Notes: a model not told the origin generated them from the letters alone. A DNA stretch of 64,000 bases from an uncultured Gemmatimonadales bacterium (GCA_963741945.1 CAVUKA010000003.1:512001-576000); one strand, 5' to 3'. Numbered from the stretch's first letter, positions 7,904 through 20,842 are shown. Numbers and translations: made by a program.

Positions 7904-9682
7904 ATGCGCGGGAGCGTGAAGGGGAGCGTGGCCATCGGCCTGCTTTGTGCCGCCGGGACGTGGGCGTGCACCTTGGAGCGGAACAGACAGGCCATGCCGC
8001 TGGCGGCGGAAGAGGACGAAGCGGCACTGGAGGCGAAAGTGGCGGATTTCGCGCCAGCGGAGATCGCGTTCGATGAAGCGGCGCTGACGGAGTGGGAGAA
8101 GGCGGTGCTGGCCAGGCTGGTGCAGGCGTCTGAGATCATGCACCAGCTGTTCGCGCGCCAGGTCTCGCGTCGGAACCCGGAGTGGCAGGCGCAGGTGGCC
8201 GCGCGGGGGGAGAACGACCCGGCGGCCGTCTACTACGACATCATGGTCGGGCCGTGGGACCGCCAGTCGGAGCAGGCGCCGTTCCTGGACGTGGGTCCGA
8301 AGCCGGCCGGGGCGGGCTACTACCCGGAGGACATGACGAAGGAGGAGTTCAAGGCGTGGCTGGCGGCGCACCCGGACCAGGAAGAGGCGTTCGAGAGCCC
8401 GTTCACCGTCATCGAGCGCCGGGGTGACAGCCTGGTGGCGATTCCGTATTCGGAAGCGTACGGCCCGGAGCTGAAGAAGGCGGCGAAGCTGCTGCGGGAG
8501 GCCGCGTCGCTTTCGCAGAACGCGTCGCTCTCCGACTACCTGAACAGCCGGGCCGAGTCGTTCCTGTCGAACGACTATTACCCGAGCGACATGGCGTGGA
8601 TGGACATCGCCGGAACCAGGATCGAGCCCACGATCGGGCCGTACGAGGTGTACGAGGACAACCTGTTCGGCTACAAGGCGGCGTTCGAGAGCTTCGTAAC
8701 CGTGGCGGACTCCGCCGCAAGTGCGGAGCTCGACCGTCTGAAGGGGGAGCTCCGGATCCTGGAGGAGAACCTGCCGGAGCCGCCGCAGTACCGGAACCTG
8801 GACCGTGGCTTCGAGAGCCCCATGCGCGTGGTGGACGTGGTCTACTCCGCGGGCGACACCCGGGCTGGCGTTCAGACGCTGGCCTTCAACCTCCCCAACG
8901 ACGAGCGGGTGCGCGAATCGAAGGGGTCGAAGAAGGTGATGCTGCGGAACGTGAGCCACGCCAAGTTCGACAAGATCCTCGAGCCGATCGCCCGCCAGGT
9001 GCTCGATCCGGCCATGCTGGACGAGGTGCAGTTCCAGCCGTGGTTCACCAGCTCACTGATGCACGAGCTGGCGCACGGCCTCGGCCCCGGGTTCATCACG
9101 CGTGATGGTGAGCGGATCACGGTGAACCAGGCGCTGCAGGATCGCTACAGCGCCATCGAGGAAGCGAAGGCGGACGTGGTGGGCCTCTACAACCTCACCG
9201 TCCTCCACGAGCGGGGGCTCTACGACGACGACTTCGTCCGGGCCGCGTTCGTCAGCAAGCTCCCGGACCTCTTCCGCGGCGTCCGCTTCGGCGCGGGAGA
9301 GGCGCACGGCAAGGCGAACCTGGTGCAGTTCAACTGGATGCTCGAGCATGGCGCGCTGGCGTTCGATGACGCCGGCAAGATCACGGGAGAGCTGCCCGCC
9401 ATGGAAGCGGCGGTGAAGTCCCTGGCCACGGAGATCCTCACGCTCGAGGCCGAGGGCGACTACGACCGTGCCGGCCGGCTGCTGGACGCCTACGGGCACC
9501 TGACGCCGGAGATCGAGGCGGCCGTCCAGCGCATCGGCGATGTCCCCGTCGACATCCGCCCGGTCTACGAAGTGAAGGACCTGCTCCCCGAGTGGGAGGC
9601 CATCGCCGCGAGGCTCTCCGGCCCCGGGAGCGGTGCGGCCGCCGGCGACGCGGGCGTCGGCCGCGCCCCCGGCGGCGGCTGA
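7904..9682 (+). CDS. Exported zinc peptidase, M49/dipeptidyl-peptidase III-like
   Basis: TIGPYEVYEDNLFGYKAAFESF, AFNLPNDERV, HELAHGLGP, EEAKAD; N-terminal signal peptide with Cys. Confidence 0.85.
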   Translation: MRGSVKGSVAIGLLCAAGTWACTLERNRQAMPLAAEEDEAALEAKVADFAPAEIAFDEAALTEWEKAVLARLVQASEIMHQLFARQVSRRNPEWQAQVAARGENDPAAVYYDIMVGPWDRQSEQAPFLDVGPKPAGAGYYPEDMTKEEFKAWLAAHPDQEEAFESPFTVIERRGDSLVAIPYSEAYGPELKKAAKLLREAASLSQNASLSDYLNSRAESFLSNDYYPSDMAWMDIAGTRIEPTIGPYEVYEDNLFGYKAAFESFVTVADSAASAELDRLKGELRILEENLPEPPQYRNLDRGFESPMRVVDVVYSAGDTRAGVQTLAFNLPNDERVRESKGSKKVMLRNVSHAKFDKILEPIARQVLDPAMLDEVQFQPWFTSSLMHELAHGLGPGFITRDGERITVNQALQDRYSAIEEAKADVVGLYNLTVLHERGLYDDDFVRAAFVSKLPDLFRGVRFGAGEAHGKANLVQFNWMLEHGALAFDDAGKITGELPAMEAAVKSLATEILTLEAEGDYDRAGRLLDAYGHLTPEIEAAVQRIGDVPVDIRPVYEVKDLLPEWEAIAARLSGPGSGAAAGDAGVGRAPGGG

Positions 9683-9689
9683 CCCGCAT

Positions 9690-9842
9690 CACGGCGAGAG
9701 CGCGGAGGACGCGGAGGACGCGGAGGACGCGAAGAACTGCGTTTCACGCGAAGATGCGAAGAGCGCGAAGAACTGCGTTTCACGCGAAGCCGCGGAGAGC
9801 GCGAAGAACTGCGTTTCACGCGAAGCCGCGGAGAGCGCGAAG
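9690..9842 (+). repeat. Tandem repeat array: (GCGGAGGAC)x3 then three 36-bp units
   Basis: Identical 25-mer GCGAAGAACTGCGTTTCACGCGAAG at 9729, 9765 and 9801. Confidence 0.92.
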
Positions 9843-9856
9843 GGGGCGCCGCGGCG

Positions 9857-9900
9857 AAAGAGACCGCCCGGGGGAGCAAGTTCCCCGGGCGGTCTCTTTT
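9857..9900. terminator. Probable bidirectional intrinsic terminator
   Basis: AAAGAGACCGCCCGGGG-loop-CCCCGGGCGGTCTCTTTT forms a 17-bp perfect stem between convergent genes. Confidence 0.85.
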
Positions 9901-9943
9901 CATTTCCAGCTCGCGCGCTCCAGACGCGTTGCGCGCGGCTACG

Positions 9944-12055
9944 CTACGCGTGCACCTCTTCCTCGGTCTCCTTCCCGGCCTCGGCGATCACCCGCTCGGC
10001 CACGTGGCTCGGCACTTCCTCGTAGCCGTGCAGCGTGCGGCGGTGCACGGCGCGGCCGTGGCTCATGGAGCGCAGCGTGGTGGCGTACTTGAACAGCTCC
10101 GCCTCGGGGACCAGGGCCTTGATGACCGTCTTCGAGCCCTGGCTGTCCATTCCCTGGATCTTGCCGCGGCGCTGGTTCAGGTCGCCCATGATATCGCCCA
10201 TGAAATCCTCGGGCGTGGTGATCTCCACCTCCATCACCGGCTCGATGAGCACCGGGGCCGCGTCCTTGGCGGCCTTCTTGAAGGCCATGGAGCCGGCCAC
10301 CTGGAACGCGACATCGCTCGAGTCCACGGAGTGGTAGGAGCCGTCGTAGCATTCCGCTTCGAAGTCCACCACCGGGTAGCCGGCCAGGATGCCCCGACCG
10401 GACGCCTCCTGTATCCCCTTGTCGACGCTCGGAATGAACTTGTTCGGGATCGCCCCGCCCGTGATGGAGTCGGTGAACTCGTAGCCGCTGTCGCGGGGGC
10501 GCGGCTTCAGGCGGACATGGCAATCGCCGAACTGGCCGCGGCCGCCCGTCTGCTTCTTGTACCGGCCCTGCGCCGCGGCCTCCTTGCGGATGGTCTCGCG
10601 GTAGCTGATGCGCGGCTGCTCGGTCTCCACCTCCACGCCGTACTTCCGCTTCAGCCGTTCGATCTGCACGTCCAGGTGCAGCTCGCCCAGCCCGCGGATG
10701 ATGGTCTGGCGGATCTCCGGCTCGTACCCGCTCTTGAACGTCGGGTCCTCTTCGTGAAGCCGGGTCAGCCCGGTGCCGATCTTGTCCTCGTCGCTCCGGC
10801 TCGCCGCCCGGATCGCCATGGAGATGTCCGGCTCCGGGAACTGGATCGGCTGGATCACCAGCGGTCGCGATGGGTCGCACAGCGTGTCATTGGTGTGCGT
10901 GTCCTTCAGTTTCGCCACCACGCCCAGGTCACCGGCGTGCAGGCGCTCGACCTCGAGCCGCTCCTTCCCCTGCGCCACGGAGACATGCGTCAGCTTCTCG
11001 GAGCTCTCGCGATTGGGGTTCAGCACCTCACTCCCGTTCCCCATCACCGATCCGCTGAAGATGCGGAAGAAGCTGAGCTCGCCCACGTGCGGCTCGCTCA
11101 TCGTCTTGTAGACCAGAGCGGCGAACGGCTGGTCATCGGCCGCGCGCAGCTCCACCACCTGGTCGATGTTCGGGCGCTGGGCCAGCTCCGTGACCGCGTC
11201 GGCCGGGCTCGGCATCAGCTCCACCAGCTTCTTCAGCAGCGCCCGCGTCCCCCATGTCTTCTGGGGCGCGCCGCAGAACAGCGGGAACACCTCGCCGCGG
11301 AGCATCGCGTTCTTCATCGCTTCCAGCGCCTGCTCACGGTCGATCTCCCCACCTTCCAGGTACGCCTCCAGGAGGGCGTCATCCGTGGTGGCGATCGTCT
11401 CCATCAGCTCCGTACGCCACCGGGCGTACTCCGCCTGCATGTCCTCGGGGACGTCCACCTCGTCGTACTCCCCGCTCGTGCTGTCCGCCTTGTAGATGTG
11501 GGCGCGGCCGCTGAACAGGTTGATGATGCCGCGGAAATCCTCACCAGCGCCGATGGGGATCTCCACGGGGATCACCTTCTCGGTCAGATGCTCCTTTACG
11601 TCGGAGAAGACGCGGTCGAAGTCGACGTTGTCCTTGTCCATCATGGACACGAAAAAAAGTCTGGGAATCCCGCGCTCCTCGCAGTATTCCCAGACTTTCT
11701 CCGTTCCGACCTCGACGCCAGTGGTGGCGCCGAGGACCACTACAGCGCCGTCGCTGACCCGGGTCGCGGCAAGAGCTTCGGCGGTGAAGTCCATGTAGCC
11801 GGGCGTATCGAGGAGGTTGACCTTGGTGCCTTCCCACTCGGCGAACGCCGGCGCGGCCTGCATGGAGATGCCGTGCGAGATCTCCTCCGGCGTGTACATG
11901 GTCAGCGCCGTGCCGTCCCCGACGCTGCCGTGGCGACGCGTGGTCCCGGACACGAAGCAAAGCGCGTCCACCAGCGTCGTCTTCCCGGAGCCGCCGTGCC
12001 CCAGCACGGCGACATTCCGGATCCTTTCCGTGGTGTATTCACTCCCGGTGGCCAT
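9944..12055 (-). CDS. fusA: Elongation factor G paralogue (EF-G2-like)
   Basis: IRNVAVLGHGGSGKTT, LLDTPG, GLGELHL, KKQTGGRGQFG, DGSYHSVDSS. Not in an rpsL-rpsG-tuf operon. Confidence 0.93.
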   Translation of the reverse strand: MATGSEYTTERIRNVAVLGHGGSGKTTLVDALCFVSGTTRRHGSVGDGTALTMYTPEEISHGISMQAAPAFAEWEGTKVNLLDTPGYMDFTAEALAATRVSDGAVVVLGATTGVEVGTEKVWEYCEERGIPRLFFVSMMDKDNVDFDRVFSDVKEHLTEKVIPVEIPIGAGEDFRGIINLFSGRAHIYKADSTSGEYDEVDVPEDMQAEYARWRTELMETIATTDDALLEAYLEGGEIDREQALEAMKNAMLRGEVFPLFCGAPQKTWGTRALLKKLVELMPSPADAVTELAQRPNIDQVVELRAADDQPFAALVYKTMSEPHVGELSFFRIFSGSVMGNGSEVLNPNRESSEKLTHVSVAQGKERLEVERLHAGDLGVVAKLKDTHTNDTLCDPSRPLVIQPIQFPEPDISMAIRAASRSDEDKIGTGLTRLHEEDPTFKSGYEPEIRQTIIRGLGELHLDVQIERLKRKYGVEVETEQPRISYRETIRKEAAAQGRYKKQTGGRGQFGDCHVRLKPRPRDSGYEFTDSITGGAIPNKFIPSVDKGIQEASGRGILAGYPVVDFEAECYDGSYHSVDSSDVAFQVAGSMAFKKAAKDAAPVLIEPVMEVEITTPEDFMGDIMGDLNQRRGKIQGMDSQGSKTVIKALVPEAELFKYATTLRSMSHGRAVHRRTLHGYEEVPSHVAERVIAEAGKETEEEVHA

Positions 12056-12106
12056 GACCCCTCCCTTCCCAGATGGCCTAGAATCGCGCGGATTGCGGGG
12101 GATCGG

Positions 12107-12136
12107 ATGGTAGGGCCGCGGCAATGCGGGTGTCAA
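12107..12136 (-). promoter_or_regulatory. Putative sigma70 promoter of the EF-G paralogue
   Basis: Minus strand TTGACA-N18-TACCAT, about 50 nt upstream of the start codon. Confidence 0.6.
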
Positions 12137-12216
12137 TGGCGCAGCGCGGTGAGCATTCCGGAAAATGCCGCTGCGGGGGGCGCCGCCGGGGCACCGGGAC
12201 CCGGGACGCGCGACGC

Positions 12217-13047
12217 TCAGTTCTGGCGGTAGCGCTTGCTGACCTCGTCCAGCGTCCGGAGCTCTTCGGGGGAAAGGCTCTGGAGCCCGGACTTGCTGAT
12301 CTTGTCGAGCACGCGGTCGACCTCGTCCAGGGCGCGGTCCTCGTCCCGGCGACGGGGTCGCCGCGCCGGCCCGCTGCCGCCACCCTGGACCACGTCCGTC
12401 CTGCGTCGGGACACGAACTTCTTCAGCCGCTTGACGCGGCTGGTGAGCTGGCCTTGCGCCTTGAGGTATACGAAGCCGGCAGCGAAGCCGCCGAGGTGGG
12501 CGAAGTGGGCGATGTGGTCACGCCCGCCCCCGCCGAACGTCTGTCCGGCGATGCTGAGGAAGGAGACGGCGAACAGGAACGCCACCAGCCATTTCGCCTT
12601 CACCGGCAGGATGCCCCAGATGTAGATGGGCATGTTCGGCCAGTTCATGGCAAACGCGAGCATCACGCCGTAGATGGCGGCGGAAGCGCCGATGACGCCG
12701 GCATTGAACGCGAACAGGTAGGAGAAGAGCGCGCCTCCGAGCCCGGACACGATGTAGAAGCGCATGAACTCCTTCCCCCCCCACATGCTCTCCAGCGGTG
12801 GGCCGAAGAAGAACAGGACGAGCATGTTGAAGAAGAGGTGGAAGAAGCCGCCGTGGACGAACATGTAGGTGATGATCGTCCACGGCCGCACCAGGGTCAG
12901 GGCGGGGATGAACGCCAGCCACTCGCGTATGGCGGGCACCGCCAGCGACGCCAGCCACACCACCGTATTGGCGATGATGAGGCGGAGCACCCACGGTGTG
13001 ATGCCGAAACCGAAGGAGAGGCCGGTGGATCGATTGCGATAGGCCAT
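12217..13047 (-). CDS. Rhomboid intramembrane serine protease with C-terminal soluble domain
   Basis: TYMFVH, HLFFNM, GASA, AHFAHLGG; C-terminal VDRVLDKISKSGLQSL. Confidence 0.92.
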   Translation of the reverse strand: MAYRNRSTGLSFGFGITPWVLRLIIANTVVWLASLAVPAIREWLAFIPALTLVRPWTIITYMFVHGGFFHLFFNMLVLFFFGPPLESMWGGKEFMRFYIVSGLGGALFSYLFAFNAGVIGASAAIYGVMLAFAMNWPNMPIYIWGILPVKAKWLVAFLFAVSFLSIAGQTFGGGGRDHIAHFAHLGGFAAGFVYLKAQGQLTSRVKRLKKFVSRRRTDVVQGGGSGPARRPRRRDEDRALDEVDRVLDKISKSGLQSLSPEELRTLDEVSKRYRQN

Positions 13048-13053
13048 GGCGGT

Positions 13054-15616
<2,563 letters not shown>

Positions 15617-15620
<4 letters not shown>

Positions 15621-15988
15621 GAGCCCGCTCCCGTGCTCGTCGAGTCGCGACGGAAGCGGACGGGAACCCTGGCCCACATGTCGACCCGGCGATCACCGCG
15701 CCGGCCGGGAGCGAACTTGAGCGCTCGCGCACCGTCGACCGCGGCCGAATCGAACGCGGCCTCCCCGCTGGGCTCCAGCAGGTAAACGCTGTCCACAGCG
15801 CCCATGTTCGTCACGTGCACCATCACCACCGGCTCCCCCTCCACGCCGGCGTCCCACAGCTCGATCGGGTAGCGGAAGGGCGATTCCACGGAGATGGCCT
15901 CGGGGTTGGTGACGGGCTCGTCGCCAGCGCGGCAGGCGGGGAACGCAGCGGCCATGGCCGCGACAACGACCAGCGCCGGCGCTCTCAT
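15617..15988 (-). CDS. Short TonB C-terminal domain protein (possible lipoprotein)
   Basis: YPIELWDAGVEG..V.VHV...G.V...SGEAAFDSAA...KFAPG pattern; translationally coupled to mutS and cbs. Confidence 0.82.
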
Positions 15989-18600
15989 GCCGGCCCTCCG
16001 CGGGCCTGGTCACGCAGCGCGGCCAGGCGATTGAGCGCTTCCAGTGGCGTGAGGCGCTCGACATCGAGCTCCCGCAGCCGCTCGACCACGGGGTGCTCCG
16101 GCGTGGAGAAGAACGAAAGCTGGTCCGGGGGTGCCGTGCTGGGCGGCCGGCGTCGCCCTCGTCGACCGAGGCCTTCGCCGTGATGCGTGTGGCTCCCCTC
16201 GAGCTCGCCGAGGATCTCCCTGGCCCGCTCCACCACGTCCGGCGGGAGCCCGGCGAGGCGTCCGACCTGGATGCCGTAGGAACGGTCGGCGCCGCCCGGC
16301 TCCAGGCGGCGGAGGAAGACGATGTCATCACCGGTCTCCTTCACCGCCACATTGGCGTTGACCAGCGCGGGGAGGAGGTCGGCGAGCTGTGTCAGCTCGT
16401 GATAGTGCGTGGCGAACACGGTCTTGGCGCCGATCCGTTCGTGGAGGAACTCGGTGACGGCCCAGGCGATGCTGACGCCGTCGTACGTCGCGGTGCCCCG
16501 GCCGATCTCGTCCAGCAGGACGAGGGAGCGGTCGGTGGCGTTGTGCAGGATGGACGCGGTCTCGCTCATCTCCACCATGAACGTGGACTGTCCGCGCACC
16601 AGGTTGTCGGACGCGCCCACGCGTGTGAAGAGGCGATCGCACACGGGGATCCGGGCGGCGTCGGCGGGGACGAACGCGCCCATCTGGGCCAGGAGCTGGA
16701 TCAATCCGATCTGGCGCAGCAGCGTGCTCTTCCCCGCCATGTTGGGCCCGGTGAGGATCATGACGCGCGCGTCGTCGTCGAGCCGGACGTCGTTGGGGAT
16801 GAACTCCTCGGACGGCATCATGGTCTCGACCACGGGGTGCCGCCCGGCGACGATGTCGAGGTCGTAGCCGGTGTGCACTTCCGGGCGCACGTAGCGGCGG
16901 CGCTCGGCCAGGCGGGCGAGCCCGGCAATGACATCGAGCGCGGCCACCGCTCCGGCCGACTCCAGCAGCCGGGGCACGGCGCCGGCCACGTCCCGCCGCA
17001 GCTGCCCGAAGAGCCTCGCCTCCAGGTCGGCGATCCGCTCCTCGGCGCCCAGCACCTTCCCCTCCCACTCGTCCAGCTCCTCCGTGACGAATCGCTCCGA
17101 GTTCACCAGTGTCTGTTTGCGGCGGTACTCCCCGGGGACGCGATCCAGGTTCGCGCGCGTGACCTCGAGGTAATAGCCGAAGACCTTGTTGTATCCCACC
17201 TTGAGCGACCCGATCCCCGTGCGCTCCCGCTCCCGCGCCTGAAGCGACGCGATGAAGTCCCGGGCGCCATCGCGCGTGTCGCGCAGGTCGTCCAGCTCCG
17301 GGTCGAAGCCCGAGCGGATGACGCCGCCATCGGCCAGCGCGGCAGGCGGATCGTCGGCCAGTGCCGCAGCGAGCCTCGCGCGCACATCATCCAGGGGGTC
17401 GAGGCCGTCGCGGAGCGAGGACAGGAGTGGCGAGGTGGCGTCGGCCAGGGCATCCACGACGGCCGGAAGCCGGGCCAGCGAATCGCCCAGCGCCGCGAGC
17501 TCCCGTGGATTCACGCGCCCGGTCCCCACCTTCCCCGCGAGCCGCTCCAGGTCCCTGACCTGCTTCAGCTCGGCGCGCAGGGAGCGACGCAGCGCGGGAC
17601 CGTCCACCAGATCGGCCACCGCCTCCTGGCGGCGCCAGATCGGCTCCGGCGTCACGAGCGGACGGAGGAGCCACCGGCGAAGGAGGCGGGCGCCCATGGC
17701 GGTGACCGTCTCGTCCACCACGTCCAGGAGCGTGGCGGCGGCGCCCGCGGGCGCATCGGCCCGGAGCGGCGTGGTCAGCTCAAGGTTGCGGCGGGTCATG
17801 TCGTCGAGGGCCATGGCCTCTCCCGGGCGCTCGACCCGGGGGCGACGCAGCGCTTCGGCGGACGAGGGCTGCACTTCACGAACGTAGGCGAGGAGTGCGC
17901 CGAGCGCGCCGATCAGAGGCTCATCCCCGTCCTGGAACCCCAGTCCGTCCAGGGTGTGGAGGGCGAAATGCCGGCGAAGCTCCTCGGCGGCGAGATCCGG
18001 GTCGAACAGCCAGTCGGGCCGGCAGGTCACGCTGGCCCCGTCGAACCCCGGGGCGCCCTCGCGGGCGCGAGGCAGGAGAACTTCGGCCGGCTCGAAGCGG
18101 GCGAGCTCCGCCTCCAGCCGCTCCGGGGCCACGCGGGTGCCCAGGAACTCGCCCGTGCTCACGTCCACCGCGGCGAGAGCGGTGTCTCCACCGTCCGCCT
18201 GGAGCACGGCCACCAGCCAGTTGTTGCGCCGCGCGTCCAGGAGCGGGTCGGCCGTGATCGCGCCCGGCGTAACCGTCTCGACCACTTCCCGCCGCACGAT
18301 GTCCGTGGCCTCGGCCGGGTCCTCCACCTGCTCGCAGATCGCGACGCGCCGCCCGAGGCGCACCAGGCGCTCCAGGTATTCGTTCTTCGCCTTGACGGGG
18401 ATCCCCGCGAGAGGGACCCTCGCCGCGCCGCCGTTGTTGCGAGACGTGAGGGTGAGGCCCAGGAGGCGAGCGCCCTCCTCCGCGTCCTCATTGAACATCT
18501 CGTAGAAGTCGCCCACGCGGAAGAAGACGATGGCGTCCGCGTGGCGCGACTTGGCCTCGCGCCACTGGCGCATCAGGGGGGTGTCTTCCTGCTTCGGCAT
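15985..18600 (-). CDS. mutS: DNA mismatch repair protein MutS
   Basis: TPLMRQW, FFRVGDFYEMF, TGPNMAGKST, STFMVEM, DEIGRGT, FATHYHEL, SYGIQV. Confidence 0.97.
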   Translation of the reverse strand: MPKQEDTPLMRQWREAKSRHADAIVFFRVGDFYEMFNEDAEEGARLLGLTLTSRNNGGAARVPLAGIPVKAKNEYLERLVRLGRRVAICEQVEDPAEATDIVRREVVETVTPGAITADPLLDARRNNWLVAVLQADGGDTALAAVDVSTGEFLGTRVAPERLEAELARFEPAEVLLPRAREGAPGFDGASVTCRPDWLFDPDLAAEELRRHFALHTLDGLGFQDGDEPLIGALGALLAYVREVQPSSAEALRRPRVERPGEAMALDDMTRRNLELTTPLRADAPAGAAATLLDVVDETVTAMGARLLRRWLLRPLVTPEPIWRRQEAVADLVDGPALRRSLRAELKQVRDLERLAGKVGTGRVNPRELAALGDSLARLPAVVDALADATSPLLSSLRDGLDPLDDVRARLAAALADDPPAALADGGVIRSGFDPELDDLRDTRDGARDFIASLQARERERTGIGSLKVGYNKVFGYYLEVTRANLDRVPGEYRRKQTLVNSERFVTEELDEWEGKVLGAEERIADLEARLFGQLRRDVAGAVPRLLESAGAVAALDVIAGLARLAERRRYVRPEVHTGYDLDIVAGRHPVVETMMPSEEFIPNDVRLDDDARVMILTGPNMAGKSTLLRQIGLIQLLAQMGAFVPADAARIPVCDRLFTRVGASDNLVRGQSTFMVEMSETASILHNATDRSLVLLDEIGRGTATYDGVSIAWAVTEFLHERIGAKTVFATHYHELTQLADLLPALVNANVAVKETGDDIVFLRRLEPGGADRSYGIQVGRLAGLPPDVVERAREILGELEGSHTHHGEGLGRRGRRRPPSTAPPDQLSFFSTPEHPVVERLRELDVERLTPLEALNRLAALRDQARGGPA

Positions 18601-18677
18601 CCGGTTCGGCGTGGTGGCGCGGCATCGGCTCGATCGTGCGGAACGATAGCGGGGCTGCGGCCGTGGCTGCAACCGCC

Positions 18678-18707
18678 TTGACCTCGCCGGCCGCGGGGCC
18701 TTAGCAT
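18678..18707 (+). promoter_or_regulatory. Putative sigma70 promoter of the PAS kinase gene
   Basis: TTGACC-N18-TAGCAT upstream of 18785. Confidence 0.45.
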
Positions 18708-18784
18708 CCATCATCACTCGTCGCTCCGACGCAGGAGCAGGCCCCTGCCTGCCCGCGCGGAGCGACCGTGTTCTACCCCCTGGA

Positions 18785-20842
18785 ATGATGCCGCGGACCC
18801 TACCGCCGGACACAGCCAGAGATCCAGAGCTGGAACCACCGGCTCTCGAGCCGGACTCCCAACTCGCGCTCGGCGCCGCCGTGCTCGAGTCCACCGGTGA
18901 AGCGGTGCTGTCCGTGGACCGCGACGGCCGGATCCTGACCTGGAACGAGGCCGCCCGCTCGCTCTTCGGGATGTCCGCTCGCCAGGTCATCGGCATCCGC
19001 CTCGTCGAGCTTTCCCCCGCCGGTCCGCTCCAGGATCGGGTGGCCGACCTGCTGGACCGCGCCCTCGATGGCGGTGCGTGGCAGGGAGACCTGGTGGTGA
19101 CGGACCGGGGCGGCCGCGCTGTTCCCATTCTCGCCACCGTCACGCCGCTGCGGGACCCGGAACAGCGGATCATTGGTGGCGTGTGCGTGGCCCGGGAGGG
19201 CACAGATCGCACGGCGGCGGCCGAAGCACTGCGGCGCTCGGAGCAGCGCGCGGACATGGTGCGCGCCGCATCGGACTCGGTCATCTGGGAGATGGACCTG
19301 CGGAGCGGCACCCTGCAGTGGAGCGACGCCATCACGTCCACGTTCGGCTACCCCCCCGATTCGGTCGAGCCGTCGGAGACGTGGTGGCGGGAGCGGATCC
19401 ACCCGGACGATCGGCCACGGGTGGAGGATCGGCTGCGCGCCATCCTGGAGGAGGGCGCGCGGTTCTGGACCGAGGAATACCGGTTCCGGCGCCACGACGG
19501 CGGGTACGCCCTCGTGTTCGACCGGGCCCACGTTGCGTACGACGAGCACGGCGTGGCGGTGGGAGCGGTCGGCGCGATGGTGGACCTGACGGAGCGGCGC
19601 CGGCTGCGGGAAGAGCAGCGGCTGCTGTCCCAGGCGAGCATGATCCTCGACCTCTCGCTGGATCCCGAGACCACGCTCCCCACGATCGCGCGCCTGACCA
19701 CCACCATCCTGGCCGACATCTGCTTCGTTCGCGTCGACCCGGGCGATGGGTTTCCGGGGCTCACCACGGCCTCCCATTCCGACCCTCGCCTGCAGTGGGT
19801 GGTGGACGAGATCGCCGGGTTCGTCGACGGCAGCGGACTGGAGTCCGAAGTGCTGCAAGCGGTGCGGCGGGCGGGCGAGCCGCTTCTGTTCGCCCGCATC
19901 CCGGAGAGCGCCATGGACCAGCTGGCGATCGAGGGCAGGGCGCGGACGCTGGCGCGGGACCTCGGCGCACGCAGCGCCGTCGCGGTCCCGTTGCGGGCCA
20001 AGCGCGGGCTGGTGGGCGTGTTGCTGGTGGCCCGGACCGCGGGCACGGACCCGTACGACGAAGCGGACGTCCACGTGCTGGAAGAGCTGGGGCGCCGGAT
20101 CGGCCTGGCGGTGGACCATGCTCGGCTGTTCCAGGAAGCCCAGCTGGCGAATCGGGCCAAGTCCGACTTCCTGGCGGTGATCAGTCACGAGCTCCGGACG
20201 CCGCTCACGGCCGTCCTGGGCTATGCCGACCTCCTCTCCGCGGAAGTGTCCGGCCCTCTGAACGAGAAGCAGAAGCACCAAGTGGACCGGATCCGGGCGG
20301 GCTCGGACCGCCTGCTCCAGCTCATCGAGGGGATCCTGGCGTTCGCCCGCCTGAAGGCCGGTACGGAGCGGGTGCGACGCCAGGCCGTGAAGCTGCAGCC
20401 GCTCCTCGAACGCCTGTCCGCCGTGCTTGGACCACGGATCCGGGAGGACGGAAGCACCCTCGTCATGGAGACGTCCATGGCCCCCGACGTGATGCCGACG
20501 GACGAGGAGAAGCTGCTCCAGATCCTGGTGGCGCTGCTGCTCAACGCCATGAAGTTCGCCCATCACGGAGCCATCCGGCTCCACGTAGGGCGGCAGGATG
20601 GCCGCGTCACCTTCGATGTGAGCGACAACGGAAGCGGGATCGCCCCCGAGCACCTGCCCCACATCTTCAATCCTTTCTGGCAGGCGGAGCAGCCCGCTAC
20701 GCGGAGGGCGGGCGGCGCGGGGCTGGGCCTCAGCCTGGCGAGGCGAACGGCCCGGCTCCTGCACGGCGACGTGGTGGTCCTCGAGAGCTCGCCGGCCGGC
20801 ACCACTTTCCGCCTCGAAATTCCGGAGGAAGTGGCGCAATGA
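18785..20842 (+). CDS. Cytoplasmic PAS-PAS-GAF sensor histidine kinase
   Basis: PAS motifs (WNEAA, IHPDD), GAF segment, SHELRTPL H-box, NAMKF, DNGSGI, GAGLGL. Confidence 0.92.
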   Translation: MMPRTLPPDTARDPELEPPALEPDSQLALGAAVLESTGEAVLSVDRDGRILTWNEAARSLFGMSARQVIGIRLVELSPAGPLQDRVADLLDRALDGGAWQGDLVVTDRGGRAVPILATVTPLRDPEQRIIGGVCVAREGTDRTAAAEALRRSEQRADMVRAASDSVIWEMDLRSGTLQWSDAITSTFGYPPDSVEPSETWWRERIHPDDRPRVEDRLRAILEEGARFWTEEYRFRRHDGGYALVFDRAHVAYDEHGVAVGAVGAMVDLTERRRLREEQRLLSQASMILDLSLDPETTLPTIARLTTTILADICFVRVDPGDGFPGLTTASHSDPRLQWVVDEIAGFVDGSGLESEVLQAVRRAGEPLLFARIPESAMDQLAIEGRARTLARDLGARSAVAVPLRAKRGLVGVLLVARTAGTDPYDEADVHVLEELGRRIGLAVDHARLFQEAQLANRAKSDFLAVISHELRTPLTAVLGYADLLSAEVSGPLNEKQKHQVDRIRAGSDRLLQLIEGILAFARLKAGTERVRRQAVKLQPLLERLSAVLGPRIREDGSTLVMETSMAPDVMPTDEEKLLQILVALLLNAMKFAHHGAIRLHVGRQDGRVTFDVSDNGSGIAPEHLPHIFNPFWQAEQPATRRAGGAGLGLSLARRTARLLHGDVVVLESSPAGTTFRLEIPEEVAQ

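Noticed and set aside
9729-9842. Possible CRISPR array (36-bp period)
   Set aside because: Only 11 nt separate the cores, two of these segments are identical, and there are no cas genes. It is a tandem repeat.
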